From: Leucoraja ocellata
Lineage: Eukaryota
DNA length: 64,000 bases
Reading direction: 5' to 3'
NCBI GenBank assembly: GCA_036785375.1
Contig: JAWMAR010000578.1
Span: forward strand, 992,001 to 1,056,000
Made by a program: the position numbers and the translations under genes. The notes under the pieces were generated by a model. It was given only the letters and a program-made list of their open reading frames with translations. It did not search any database and was not told the DNA's origin. Shown here piece after piece: positions 1-12,386 of the stretch. Position 1 is the first letter of the stretch. Every line of letters begins with the position of its first letter.

Positions 1-186
1 CCTTGTCTACTTTGAATTGTTTTCTGCTGTCCGCTTCCATAAATGTCTTCTCGTCCCCTCTCCACCAAGAAACGTCAGCGGTTTCTTTTAATATCGGAAA
101 TTTGCAGAACATGGAATCACTTCTGCCGCTGGAGACCCTCAGGATTGCGGGGAATTGTTCCACTTTGCTCGAAGTTGCTTTTGTCA
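1..186 (-). CDS. Gene A V-domain exon, 5' part (runs off window): ...KVEQFPAILRVSSGRSDSMFCKFPILKETADVSWWRGDEKTFMEADSRKQFKVDK
   Basis: Clear paralog of the V exons of B, C and D (QFP, MFC, VSWWR, KTF.E.DSRK). The homologous acceptor AG reads AC at 188-187; an in-frame alternative AG lies at 179-178. Confidence 0.8.
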
Positions 187-392
187 GTGGCAGAAATAAG
201 TAAATATGATGAAAACATTTGTACATACAGCACCAAGAAAAAGAGCCAATGGATACACAAATACAAAACAATTAGGAAATAATGGTTAGCCAATTGTAGA
301 AACGTTGTAAATTTAATTTACTGTGGCATACTAGTGTAAAATATTGTCAAATATGATTCGCTTAGTGAAATCGGTACAGAAACTAAGCATAC

Positions 393-447
393 CTTGACAA
401 AGCAAAACAAGAAGACCCATGTACCGAACCATTGCTTTCACCGGCAT
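393..447 (-). CDS. Gene A exon 1: signal peptide (MPVKAMVRYMGLLVLLCQ/G)
   Basis: 55-nt ATG..CAAG|gtatgc exon, same length and phase as the leaders of B, C and D, about 200 bp upstream of a V exon. Confidence 0.8.
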
Positions 448-1789
448 ACTGCAAAATAGAAGGGTGTGCATAAGAATAGGTTTTCATAGAATGCCTGAAG
501 CGTGTAACACCAACGCCGTAAATCACATGACTAAGGCATCGTGATGCATTTTGAGTATATTTATGTTTCAGCGAGTATGATCTAGGAAATATGTTTTCTT
601 CGATTTCCTACTCCAAAATGATTTCTCTTCCAGCCATTGTAGGTGCACCGCGTTTGGACAACACATATTGAAATCCATTTACCTCTACCTCATTCTCAAA
701 TTAAGACTTTGTCCTACCGGAGCATAAGATGACAGAGCTGTCAACTACTCAGCCTCGTATATTTCTGTCACAGATTATCCCACCTTGAATGCAGGAGGGT
801 GTGATGACCTTTGAGTTAGTCCCGCTGCGAATTTCTTTCATTTCAGCCAAAAACTCCAAGCCTCAATTGCAGCATTTAAATGAGATACATTACATCAAGT
901 GATGTTGTTGATAAGGATTTGATCATCCACTAGATGGCAATTGGGCGGCGTACCATTAAGAGTTTTTCGCTATTGATTCGGATCGTCTAATTCTTCACAC
1001 AAGGAATTTAGAAAGGGAAGCCCATAGTCAACTGAATCTTTCATTGCATTCTTTTTCGCTTACAATATATAGTGCATTCCTCTGCTACCTTTCTCCGTGG
1101 TACCATATGTGACTATAAGCAAAAATGTTATAACCTCTTTCCATTGTTAAAATTCAGGAATTAACTAGCTCCTTGCTCCCAAGTATTAATCTGTTACATT
1201 CGCAGATATTTGCAACAGCAACTTTCGCGCAAAGGTATTCAAGGGCCAAATGTGCATTACAAAACCCGATTACTGAAGAGAAGGGGACCACATCAACAAA
1301 CAAAAGACGATGCGAGTTTATTAAAGTAAAAGCTTGAATTGTTAGAAATAGAATCGATTATCAAAGAAAAGGAGAAATACGTCCAAGACCACAAAAGACT
1401 TCAGAGAAAAAAATAGAATTGTTTACAGTATGACTGCTAACTTAAAATTGTTGCATTCTTGGAGATTTGAGCACTTGACAACTTGTGATGCCAAATTTTA
1501 AAAGACCAGCATGAGGAAGGTGTATAGTCCATGGAGTTTGTTCCCGGTCAATGCAATGCGCGATGTAACTTTTTAAAAGTTATAATTGTTCAAGAATCAT
1601 CTTTGTAAATGTATTTCCTTTTAGTTATTTCAGGTTCACATTTTCAACACACAAAGAATAGTTATTATGGTAAGATGAATAACAAAACGTGAATCAAAAA
1701 AGGTGACGTGTGAAGGAACATAAGATGATCAAACGTGTGTGCAAACGTAAGAACTTTAAAAGAGGGGGTAGTGGGGAGGGGAGAAGAGG

Positions 1790-3043
1790 GGAGAGGGGGG
1801 ATACGGGGAGAAGGGGAGAAGGGGGGAGAATGGGGGAGAAGGAGTGGAGACACTTTTAAGAAGCCATACAACGTTTAATAAGCCAGAGATACACATATGT
1901 GAAGTTCGGCGGGCATTTAACATTACCGGTGGGTTATCTTTAGTTCTGAAAATTCGTGCTTATGTTTGTTTCCCCCAATGAGTCAATGAAAATGACCGGT
2001 CAGCAAAGGCGATTAACTAAGACTTCCTACGACTACCTCGACTACCTACAACTATATGGTGACCCCACTACGACTGCACCTACGACCACAGGATTATCGA
2101 TTTTCTCCATGGCGGCCAATTTTTGGTCGCAGCAACATTTTGTATGACAACTTGTTCTATTTGATCTTATTTGATTGTGCACGGTGCGTTGATTGCATTC
2201 GTCGAAACAGGGCGGACCACGTGAAGGTTGCAATCTCCCACCCCAAGGAGACTCACCAGAGACAATCAGCGAATATGTGGCGACCATGTGGTGAGCACAG
2301 AGTCTCCTGCACTCGCCAAAAAAAGTCGCCTAAAGGGGCAGTCCCACTGGGGCGACCTAATCTGCGAGTTTAGAAGAGTTTGCCCTCGACTCAAACTCGC
2401 AGCATGGTCGACACGTGGTCCTAGGAGGTCTCTGGAACCATGCCTCAGTTTGGTCGAGGAAACATTTTCAGCATGTTGAAAATTTGTCTTCGGCATGGTT
2501 CCTTTGAACTCGTAGTGCAGTGGAATGGGGTCGCTGTGTAGATATAGGCAGTCGAGGGCAGCCATAGGCAATCTCCTTGGCTGACCGGGCAATTTAATTG
2601 GCTCATTGGCGTTTTATGGGCCAAGGAAAACCGACCGGTAGGTTAAATGCCCGCTAAACTTTATTAAAAAGTTGTCTGGCTTCGTAAAAGTGTCTCCACC
2701 CCCCCCCCCCTCTCCCCTTCTCTCCCCCTCTCTCCCCATCATCCCCCCCCCCCCCCCCCCCCCATCCGCGCTCGCTAAAGGACTTACCGTACACTGTGCC
2801 GTCGTCTTTTACGTTCCTGTTCATCGCGGGTGTGAATTTCAGACTGCGCCCCCCACCCCCGCTTCCCCAGGCCCCCGCTTTTCCGATGTGTGTATGTGCG
2901 GTCGGTCGATCCAGCTCGCGGTTTCATCGCTGACGGTCAATCCAGCTCGAGGTTGTTCAGGAAAGTGCCCTCGAGCTTGAAGGGCGAAGACAGTCGCTGA
3001 AAGGTCGCGTTAGTGGGACAGACCCTTAAGTGGGACAGGCCCT
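1790..3043. mobile_element. PIF/Harbinger-like non-autonomous element (outer), right TIR at 3030-3043
   Basis: Terminal GTGGGACAGGCCCT. Left end not identified; interrupted by a related inner element. Confidence 0.5.
2334..3026. mobile_element. PIF/Harbinger-like MITE nested in the outer element
   Basis: Imperfect TIRs AGGGGCAGTCCCACT.. / ..AGTGGGACAGACCCT flanked by TAA TSDs (2331-2333, 3027-3029). Confidence 0.75.
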
Positions 3044-3149
3044 TATGGGACAGACAGCCTTCCCAGTCTCTCATCATAACTGAAAAATTAATTCCAGGAA
3101 AAAATGTTGAAGTATATATTCTAATTTTATTTCTGGCCAGAGAACAGAA

Positions 3150-3995
3150 AGGAGATTGAGAACATTCAAGCCAACCTTTCCCTCAATGTCAGCAAGACAA
3201 AGGAGACTGTGGTTGATTTCAGCAAGAGACACAGTGCACACCCCACTTATGCATTGATGGCACCGAAGCAGAAATGGTCGAAAGGTTCAAGTGCCTTAGA
3301 ATAAATATCACCAGCAATTTGTCCTGGACCAGCCACGTCGAAACTATGGCCAGAAATGCCCACGAATGCCTCTACGTCCTGAGAAGGATTAGGGATTTCG
3401 GCATGACATCAATAACCCCCACCAACTTCGACAGAGACATTGTAAACAACTTTTTTGGGATGTATTATAGACGGGGTTGGAAACAGCTCCATCCAAGACC
3501 ACAAGAACTTGCAAGAAGTTATGGACGTAACTCAGACCATCACACAAACCAACTTCCCATCCATTGACTCCATCTACACTCCATCTGCCGCGGCAAGGCC
3601 GTCAGGATAATCAAGGACCAGCCTCACACCGGCCATCACTCTTCTCCCCTCTCACACGAGGCAAGTCTTGCAGAAGTTTCCGACGCATATCTCCAGAATC
3701 AGGGACAATTTCCTCCCAGCTGTCATCTGGCAAATGAACGAACGGTCCTCTGATCAGCTAGAGTGCGCTCCTCATCTACCTCATCCATCTCACATAAGAA
3801 CTTTGAACCATCTTTCATTGGCCTTTATCTTGCACTCAGTTTTGTACCCGTTACAATTTCTCTGTGCATTGTTGACGGCTTGATTTTATTCATGTATAGT
3901 ATTTTCTTTGACAGGACAGCACGCACTGAAATGTTTTTCATTGTATTTCGGTAGACGCGACAATAATTTGCTGAAGTAAACTGAACTAAACACAC
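3150..3995 (+). mobile_element. Degenerate Rex1/Babar-like LINE 3' fragment
   Basis: Translates in pieces as LSLNVSKTKETVVDF..VERFKCL..NLSWTSH..YVLRRIRDFGM, typical of Rex-Babar RT C-terminus; ends in a (aactg)-like tail. Confidence 0.65.
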
Positions 3996-4135
3996 GACTT
4001 GGAATTGAAACACAGACTTTTCGGAGCAACTTTACATAAATTTGTCACGCCGAAATAAGCTATTACATAAATTGCTCAAATCGCCGTTCTGATCTGTAAC
4101 GTAAGAAGGCGACATTTTGCTTTTCACCACAAAGT

Positions 4136-4226
4136 GTTTCCACGATGTCATCAGCAAGTTCGCGAGCGCAATTCTAGTCTCGGCTATTTGTGAATTTCTT
4201 ATTAACTCGAGCTGCAGATACATTCG
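4136..4226. promoter_or_regulatory. Paralog-conserved non-coding element upstream of gene A
   Basis: gtttccacgatgtcatcagcaagttcgcgag..ttct..tcgagct aligns with 20071, 34240 and 63840, each upstream of a cluster gene. Confidence 0.45.
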
Positions 4227-4450
4227 CTTAAAGGGAAAACGGAGACGTGCAGCATAAGACAACAACATCCAGGCAGATTACTCCGTGTACTCACCAAATA
4301 TATCAATTTTTGTTTTAAACATACACCTTCTAGTTTTAGACTCCCCTACCATTTGACAAAAGATTTTTGACTATCTCCCCTGTCTATGAACCTCATAATT
4401 CTAGTTTCTTCATTCCACTTCTGTCCCGGAGGTAGAATCAAATTAGCACC

Positions 4451-4825
4451 AACTTACAAAATTCTTAAGGGGTTGGACAGGCTAGATGCAGGAAGATTGT
4501 TCCCGATGTTGGGGAAGTCCAGAACAAGGGGTCATAGTTTAAGGATAAGGGGGAAGTCTTTTACGACCGAGATGAGAAAAACATTTTTCACACAGAGAGT
4601 GGTGAATCTGTGGAATTCTCTGCCACAGAAGGTAGTTGAGGCCAAGTTCATTGGCTATATTTCAGAGGGAGTTAGATGTGGCCCTTGTGGTTAAAGGGAT
4701 CAGGGGGTATGGAGAGAAGGCAGGTACGGGATACTAAGTTGGATGATCAACCATGATCATGTTGAATGGCGGTGCAGGTTCGAAGGGCCGAATGGCCTAC
4801 TCCTGCACCTATGTTCTATTTTTCT
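4451..4825 (+). mobile_element. CR1 LINE (family 1) 3' fragment
   Basis: TYKILKGLDRLDAGRLFP..TRGHSL.., near-identical to the 3' end of the 48143-49951 element. Confidence 0.9.
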
Positions 4826-5169
4826 ACACGGCCATGGTATAATCAAATCTAATCATGATTTTATTAGCGAATTATCTTTATTCCACCCATCATCCTCTTC
4901 AAAATCTTGATATTCAGTAGGCTAACACCTTTCTCTATTTCACAGTTCTGATCAGGGATCCCTCGTCTGAAATATTAAACGTTTTTCCCTCCAGTCTGCA
5001 GTCTGACCTGTTCATCTATCCAACCGTTTTGATTTCCTATTTTTACATCGTTTTGTCTCAGTTTCTATTTCCCATGTCTCATGAAAGGTTATAGGAGAAC
5101 TATTAATTTCCCTATTCGTTTGCAAAATGTAGATTATTACAACATTCGTGATGTATAGAGTCAAGTAGA

Positions 5170-6060
5170 ATTTGGTAGTATCCGGTAGGCGGCGCGACTC
5201 TGGTCAGCAGCGGCCTCTGCAGCCTGTCCGCGTTTTTATTATTTTTTGTCTGTGTTTTTATGTAGTTTTTGTTATTTTATGTTGGGGTGTGTGTGTGGGG
5301 GGCGGGGTTGGGGTGGGAGGGGGGGGGGGGGAACTTTTGAATCTCTCCCTGCACTGGAGACCCGACTTTTTCTCGTCGGGTCTCAGTTGTCGTTGGGGCC
5401 GCAACGAGGAGCGGCCTCCAACAGGAAGAAGCCGGGGACTCTGGTGCTACGACTCACCGTCGCCGTCGCGGAGCTGGCCGAGACCGGAGCGGGTGGAGCG
5501 GTGGAGGAGCGCTGCTGCTGCTGCCGCTGCTGCTGCTGATGCGGAGGCTGCTATTGCGGGTCCGCGGACGGCGGCACCGGGAGCCCGCGGCTCCCTGGAG
5601 GGAGACCGCTTTTCAAGGCTCCTGCAACGGCGACTTCTCCCGCCCGAGTTGCGGGGTCGAAGAGCTCCTGGAGCGGGGCCTAACATCACTGCCCCGCGCG
5701 GCTTGGAATGGCCGCGGGACTCTGCGAGCGCACACCGGGGTCTTTAACACCAAGACCCGGTGTGCGACCTCGCACCACCCGGCGTGGCTTTAATGGCCGC
5801 GGGACAATCGCCATCGCCAGCCGGGGGCTTTGACTTTGACTCTGACATGGGGGGGGGGGGGGGGGGGGGAGAGTGCAGTGGAGAGATAAGCTTTTTTGGC
5901 CTTCCATCACAGCTATGTGATGGATGTTTATGTAAAATGTAATTATGTTGTGTCTGGGGTCTATTTGTGTGTAATGTATGGCTGCAGAAACGGCATTTCA
6001 TTTGGACCTCCAGGGGTCCAAATGACAATTAAATAGACTATTGACTATTGACTATTGAAT
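5170..6060 (+). mobile_element. Unclassified GC-rich retroelement-like insertion with (ctattga)n tail
   Basis: Abrupt GC-rich block with poly-G tracts ending in gactattgactattgactattga; no credible protein. Confidence 0.4.
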
Positions 6061-6583
6061 TTATTGACATATGCATAGGTCTGTACGGTACAGGTCCAAA
6101 TTAAAGTTTGTATCCACCACATGCACATACCCATTGACTCAAACATGGGTGGCTGCAGGATGCTATACCTTAAATGGAGGAAAACCTGTGCGTGACTTTG
6201 TTTACCGTGGGGAGACTGGTGCACAGACAGATCTGGGCCAGGATCCAGTGGCACTAAACAATTTTCACAAACATATTATGGAATGAGGTTCACAAACAAT
6301 TAATGTGTTATTACAGGGCCGTGAAAGAACAGCTGAAGAGTGACGCTGTTTTTCTGAAGCGTTATGGGCTGATTAAAAAAATCAGGGCTTATTTTTACTT
6401 ACCATCAGATACCCTCTACTTTTCAAAGTCGTTCATCATCATGCTGGTTGCAACCGAAGAGCCCCGTGCAAGAGCCTTCCCCGTTTTTTTAATGAGATCA
6501 TCGGTGACCATCATCCAAACTTTGGAAACTTGCATTTCCCTTATACCTGTCACCAGATCTGCTGATATTGGATTTCAAAGTCA

Positions 6584-7035
6584 ACTAGACCAAGTGGGAC
6601 TCGTTGGGCCCCGTTCCCCCATCGCGATATTCCTTCACTCACCCATAGCTCCCAACTGCGCAGGCGCGGCGGATGCTTTTAAAGTTTAAAATGGCAATAA
6701 CGTAAAAAATAAGATCAATGTTTACGCATCTATTCTCCCTCTTCAGTCTCCTATTCCCCTCCTCCATTATCCACCCTCTCCCCAGTCTCCACCAACCCCC
6801 CTCTGCTTCCTCCCCTCACCCCTCCCGCCCCTCCTCATTCTTCCCCCTCCCCTCCTCCATTACCTCGCCATCCCTCTTCCTACCCCTATCCTCCTCCCTC
6901 CCCCCTCATCTCCCAGCATTCCCTCTGCCTTCTCTTCACCCTCTTTTCTCTCTCCTCGTCCTCTCCCAAACCCCCTCCCTCACCTCTTCCTCCCTCTCCT
7001 TTCCCCTACCCTCAGCCACTCCCTCCCTCCCTCCA
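6584..7035 (-). mobile_element. Helitron-like remnant / CT-rich low-complexity block
   Basis: Minus-strand end gggcccaacgagtcccacttggtCTAGT (hairpin plus CTAG), followed by C/T-rich sequence. Confidence 0.3.
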
Positions 7036-7038
7036 TAA

Positions 7039-7178
7039 ACTAGTAGAGTGGATAAGGGAGAACTAGTGGAGTGGAGTGGATAAGGGTGTAACTAGTGGAG
7101 CGGATAAGTGGAGTAACTAGTAGAGTGGATAAGGGAGAACCAGTGGATGTCTTATATCTGGGCTTTCAGAAAGCTTTA
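7039..7178 (+). repeat. Tandem repeat (~4 x 23-29 bp) derived from a CR1 RT fragment
   Basis: actagtagagtggataaggga repeated; the last copy continues as CR1 TSRVDKGEPVDVLYL.FQKA. Confidence 0.7.
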
Positions 7179-7887
7179 TTTGTAACCAGTCGCCCTATCC
7201 CAGAAACAACAGTGCTTTAGGAAGAACATTTGTTTTACTCATTTACAAGCATGTGCCATACAGTCCGTTGATCCATATCCAGCAAAATGGTGTGATAATT
7301 GCACAAAAGGTATTATTGTCTAAGAAATTTGGTGAAAGAATGATATTCCATCTCAGTACTAATTTAAGGCAAGTCCCAAGCTATAGATACTTTCCCCCCA
7401 CCCCCAATCCCTCTCGCCCAATCTTCATTGAACCTACCATTTGACCATTTTTTTCACTCAGCTGCTGTAACGTTTCCTTCCTATCAAAATCTCTGTGTAG
7501 CTAGCATCTCTGTCCCTATCTTCAAATTCCCACTTTGAAATAAAATACCACATTCGACAAACATTTCGCAGCAGGATCGCTATGTAAATGCAAATATATG
7601 GTATCCAAGAAGCATAACTTGAAGCGTTTGCATTTGGAGAAGTTCGATACGGACCAGGAATGAAAGTTAATAGTTATGAATAACATATTGCTGCTTCTAC
7701 TTTGTATATTCTTATTTTAATCTGCAATAGACAAATTCCAACAGTGAGCCTGTCTTTCATCGAAGATGAAAATGGTCACTTGCTTTCTACCCTCTAACAA
7801 TTATTACTATAAATTCTGGACGCAACAAGTGAAACTTTGGGCTTATACTCAAACAAATAGTCTACCATCTAAACCTTATTTGGATTG

Positions 7888-8022
7888 TCAGTTACACGTC
7901 TTTTTTGAAGTATTCACATCTGCGTACACCGTGTATTTGTTCTGTTTGGATGCTGACGTTTTCTTGGGGTTGTCATGTTGCACAGTTGCGTAGGTCAGCT
8001 TGTCATGTCCACCTCTTTTAGT
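7888..8022 (-). CDS. Gene B terminal cytoplasmic exon: TKRGGHDKLTYATVQHDNPKKTSASKQNKYTVYADVNTSKKTCN*
   Basis: ttactttcgcag acceptor, phase 0. ITIM LTYATV and ITSM-like TVYADV; homologous to 43565-43690. Confidence 0.8.
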   Translation of the reverse strand, partial: TKRGGHDKLTYATVQHDNPKKTSASKQNKYTVYADVNTSKKTCN

Positions 8023-8866
8023 CTGCGAAAGTAATTAATGATCGGTGATTAGGCAATCATTCAGTGACGAATTTGAGCATACTGCTTTAAAATAATATTT
8101 TATGCAACCCATCAGTTGTTATTTTTACAATGGTATTGATTTGCAGATTTATTTTTGGCTATACCTTTCTGCTTGATATTGAGTTTAAACGCGAGGAGCT
8201 GTTCTTGTCCCACAAAATAATTATTTTCTTTTTCGTTTATGTCAACTTCGATGTAATTACGAAAGTTAGGAGAATTGGTGATTGCTCAAAATTGTATCCG
8301 CAGTATTAAATATTTGGCATAATACGAAGCCCCTTTTAAAGTGTATTTGTGGGATTGGCGGGAATCCATTTTGCCTGTCGAGCCCAAGAGGTGGTTCGCA
8401 GACTGAAGCTACCGGTACCTCTCCAATAGACACCGCGGCTCACGGCTTCATCAGTGGCACCGAAATGCAATAGAATATAAGTTGGTACTACTTCCTATGG
8501 CTCTGCGTCCCTAGTTTTTGACACGAGTCCCCTATTCGGTGGATAATTTGAACGGCTTGTTTACTCTCTTTTCCCAGGCCATTGACTTGCATTTGTATTT
8601 AATTTCGCCCTGATTATAGAACTGGGTAGGTTTGTGTGTTCCTAGCTTCCCACCCTTTATTTCTTCACATACAATTTACATTTGAATTTAAACCCGAATA
8701 AGGAAAGGCAAATTATATTTATGCTCTGATGAGCAGCGGGTGATAGGTTTTACTTAAATGAAGATTTGCCATTGTGCACTTATATTTTCCCTGCAGTTTG
8801 GAAAAAGCAACTACATTTGGAACAATGCTCATTCCATATCTTAATTACGCTGTCCAAGAGCATTAC

Positions 8867-8977
8867 CTGTGAATAGGCGACATGTTGTTCTTCTTGTAGA
8901 CCATTTGAAAATCCTTTGCTCTCGCTTAAATTCAGTGTAGCATAGGCAGCGGTATGTTCAATTGGTGCTTGTCTCAC
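8867..8977 (-). CDS. Gene B penultimate cytoplasmic exon: VRQAPIEHTAAYATLNLSESKGFSNGLQEEQHVAYSQ
   Basis: cttttctaatag acceptor, CAG|gtaatg donor, 111 nt phase 0-0, two tyrosine motifs. Confidence 0.75.
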
Positions 8978-9124
8978 CTATTAGAAAAGTACATTTCATA
9001 CTGCGGGTGACCAGGCTTATATAGCTGATATGGCACTAGAACTGTAACTGGGGCTGAAAATCGATGCACGCGGGATATAGAGGAATAGATTAACATTTCA
9101 CTTGCTTTCAATGATATTACCAAC

Positions 9125-9790
9125 TATGTCATTTCAAGGAAAGGGGTGGATAATGGTGTTGGTCGAGTTTCCTGGCGATAAACATCACCAATAATTTGCA
9201 CTGGTCCAACCACATTAATTCTAACACCATGAAAGCACACCATTGCCTCGACCTTCCCAGAGGACCAAGGAAAGTTGGACGGTCTCCAAAGTCTCTTCCC
9301 AAATTCCACAGCTGCACTGTCGAAATAATTATATGGGGATGAATCCCAAATTGGTTTAGCGACAGCTTTGCCCAGGACCTTAAGAAACGCAGGAACCTGT
9401 GATTGCAGCCCAGCCAACCACGTAAACAAGCTTCCGTCATTCTCTCCTCTTCCCTCGGCGGACAGAATACAAATAGCTTGAAATCGCCTTGTGTAAGATT
9501 TAAAAACGGCTTTATACTCGATGTTATCAAGTTACTAAACAGGCGTCAAGCAAGCTAATGGTGCAATCCTGATCTGTGATTTACCGCGTTCTGGTCCTTG
9601 CGCTTTTAAAATGTGGAATTTCTCTTTAGCTGTAACACAATATTTTGCATCCTGTGTCATTTCCCTTTTTGCACTTGGGTATGGTATGATTGTACCCATA
9701 CATGGTATCCATTTTCCGGATTGCACGCAAAAAAAAGTTTATAATTGAATCTCGGTGTACATGACAATAATTAACCAGTGCCAATACGAA
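9125..9790 (+). mobile_element. Degenerate Rex1/Babar-like LINE 3' fragment
   Basis: Similar to 3150-3995 (FLAINITNNLHWSNHI..KAHHCL..). Confidence 0.55.
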
Positions 9791-9925
9791 TATCAGTCTT
9801 TTGCAGATTTTGGAGATTTCTTCTTCTAAGTATTGCAGAGTGGAAGATGCATTTGTGGGATTCCATTTAGCAGCCAGCACAAAATAGTAATTTTGTGGGA
9901 AGCAGTTTCGATGCCATGTAGGCCA

Positions 9926-11155
9926 TATAGAAACATAGACACATAGAAACATAGAAATTAGGTGCAGGAGTAGGCCATTCGGCCCTTCGAGCCTGCACCG
10001 CCATTCAATATGATCATGGCTGATCATCCAACTCAGTATCCCGTGCCTGCCTTCTCTCCATACCCCCTGATCCCCTTAGCCACAAGGGCCACATCTAACT
10101 CCCTCTTATATATAGCCAATGAACTGGCTTCGGCTACCCTCTGCGGCAGAGAGTTCCAGAGATTCACCACTCTCTGTGTGAAAAAAGTTCTTCTCATCTC
10201 GGTTTTAAAGGATTTCCCCCTTATCCTTAAGCTGTGACCCCTTGTCCTGGACTTCCCCAACATCGGGAGCAATCTTCCTGCATCTAGCCTGTCCAACCCC
10301 TTAATAATTTTGTAAGTTTCTATAAGATCCCCTCTCAATCTCCTAAATTCTAGAGAGCATAAACCAAGTCTATCCAGTCTTTCTTCATAAGACAGTCCTG
10401 ACAGTCTGGTGAACATTCTCTGCACTCCCTCTATGGCAATAATGCCCTTCCTCAGATTTGGAGTCCAAAACTGTACGCAATACTCCAGGTGTGGTCTCAC
10501 CAAGACCCTGTACAACTGCAGTAGAACCTCCCTGCTCCTATACTCAAATCCTTTTGCTATGAAAGCTAACATACCATTCGCTTTCTTCACTGCCTGCTGC
10601 ACCTGCATGCCTACTTTCAATAACTGGTGTACCATGACACCCAGGTCTCGCTGCATCTCCCCTTTTCCTAGTCGGCCACCATTTAGATAATAGTCTGCTT
10701 TCCTGTTTTTGCCACCAAAATGGATAACCTCACATTTATCCACATTATACTGCATCTGCCAAACATTTGCCCACTTACCCAGCCTATCCAAGTCACCTTG
10801 CAGTCTCCTAGCTACCTCCTCACAGCTAACACTGCCCTCCAGCTTAGTGTCATCCGCAAACTTGGAGATATTGCCTTCAATTCCCTCATCCAGATCATTA
10901 ATATATATTGTAAATAGCTGGGGTCCCAGCACTGAGCCTTGCGGTACCCCACTAGTCACTGCCCGCCATTGTGAAAAGGACCCGTTTACTCCTACTCTTT
11001 GCTTTCTGTTTGCCAGCCAGTTCTCTATCCACATCAATACTGAACCCCCAATGCCGCGTACTTTAAGTTTGTATACTAATCTCTTATGTGGGACCTTGTC
11101 GAAAGCCTCCTGGAAGTCCAGATACACCGCATCCACTGGTTCTCCCCTATCCACG
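9926..11155 (-). mobile_element. CR1 LINE (family 1), 5'-truncated RT, in gene B intron
   Basis: 373-aa ORF with YLDFQEAFDKV, GVPQGSVLGP, FADD; (catagaaa)n tail; small internal deletion near 10403. Confidence 0.95.
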
Positions 11156-11586
11156 ATATCCGGTTAAATGGCCCTTCGTTAAGGATCGAAGCCAAAACTG
11201 CAATTAACACGTTAAAGAACGGCTCAAGAAAGCAAATTAAATTCTCGACAAAGGTTCTTTTCATTTTTATTTTAATTACCGTACCGTATATTTTTAAGTA
11301 TTCCTGCCACCAGAACTAATAAAGGCTCATATTTTCATCCTAAACATCACCTTTCACTTTAGAATAAATTAGGATATGATCTGGCATGGAATTGTCAAAA
11401 GATGTTGAAGCAGATACAACAGGAATTTTCAAATTATTAGTGGATGTATACTTGACGTAACCTGAAAAATAAATAATGGTTTCATCCTGCCCTAGAGTAT
11501 TCCACGATACTATAGAATAAAACTGATTTATAATATTCTGCTACGAATAATCCCTATTTTGAAACAAGAGGAGACATTTCACCTAC

Positions 11587-11630
11587 CGGCTCCCCGTTCG
11601 GACGTATTCCTACAGAGGTTACGTTATGGC
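11587..11630 (-). CDS. Gene B first cytoplasmic exon (44 nt): (G)HNVTSVGIRPNGEP
   Basis: ttcattcctctag acceptor, CCG|gtaggt donor, phase 1 to 0; same length and phase as the gene D exon at 51491-51534. Confidence 0.7.
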
Positions 11631-12275
11631 CTAGAGGAATGAAATAAGAGTTACATAAAAACAACTTGAATTGTAAAGATTGATCTGTAGATTTTGACAT
11701 TATTCTTCTCATTTTAATCAAATTTACTGCAGAAAATAAGAACGATTGCATTTTTAAATATCAGATGGTGCTCAGCAGCACCAATTGCCACAATTATACC
11801 AATACAACGCATCTTGTACTCTTTCGCGATGTTGCGCCCACTGGACCTAAATTTTAACTGAAACTTTAAAATTGTAATGGTTTATGAGGAACCGTGTCCA
11901 TGTCGAAACAGCAATGTAATGTAAACATATGGAGATGTTTGGTTTTGCTCATTGCCACAGAAAGCCACAGTTGTTTTTTCCTCAAAATCGTAATCTTCCA
12001 TTGCATTAATTATCAATCACACTGGATTTGAAAAATTCCTTATATTTGAAAATATATGCATAGGTGATAATTGAATACATCCAATTCCAAGCTGAAATAA
12101 TTGAATTTGAAGATCCATCATATTATCACACACATATATCAAAACCGGCTTCAGAAATGTCTTTACATGTCCATCTACGTTTCCTTTTCTCCTCTGTGAG
12201 CAAACACCATTGACAAATCCATTCTCGTTTTAACCATAGAAATGATTATTGTATGATTATTATCAAGATTCTTAC

Positions 12276-12386
12276 CGTGCCATATCTTTAAGCTGAGTCT
12301 TATCACGATTATAATCAGAAATAAAATTACTGATCCACCTACTGCATATACGATCATCTGTTTGCGATCAATTCCTGATGAAGCAA
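12276..12386 (-). CDS. Gene B TM exon: (V)ASSGIDRKQMIVYAVGGSVILFLIIIVIRLSLKIWH(G)
   Basis: ttttcag acceptor and CACG|gtaaga donor; hydrophobic stretch. The upstream acceptor (exon start 12401) gives V-S-stop. Confidence 0.8.

Noticed and set aside
5172-6028. GC-rich ORFs (191 aa and others) as a host gene or CpG-island exon
   Set aside because: Low-complexity Gly/Ala/Pro translations in several frames, inside a block with a retroelement-like tandem tail.
10409-11167. Plus-strand ORFs antisense to CR1 RT (also 48629-49447)
   Set aside because: Shadow ORFs of the LINE coding strand.
12276-12386. Activating receptor with a charged TM residue (NKp30-like Arg)
   Set aside because: The Arg lies at the cytoplasmic end of the hydrophobic stretch (IVIRLSLK) and the gene has inhibitory tail exons.
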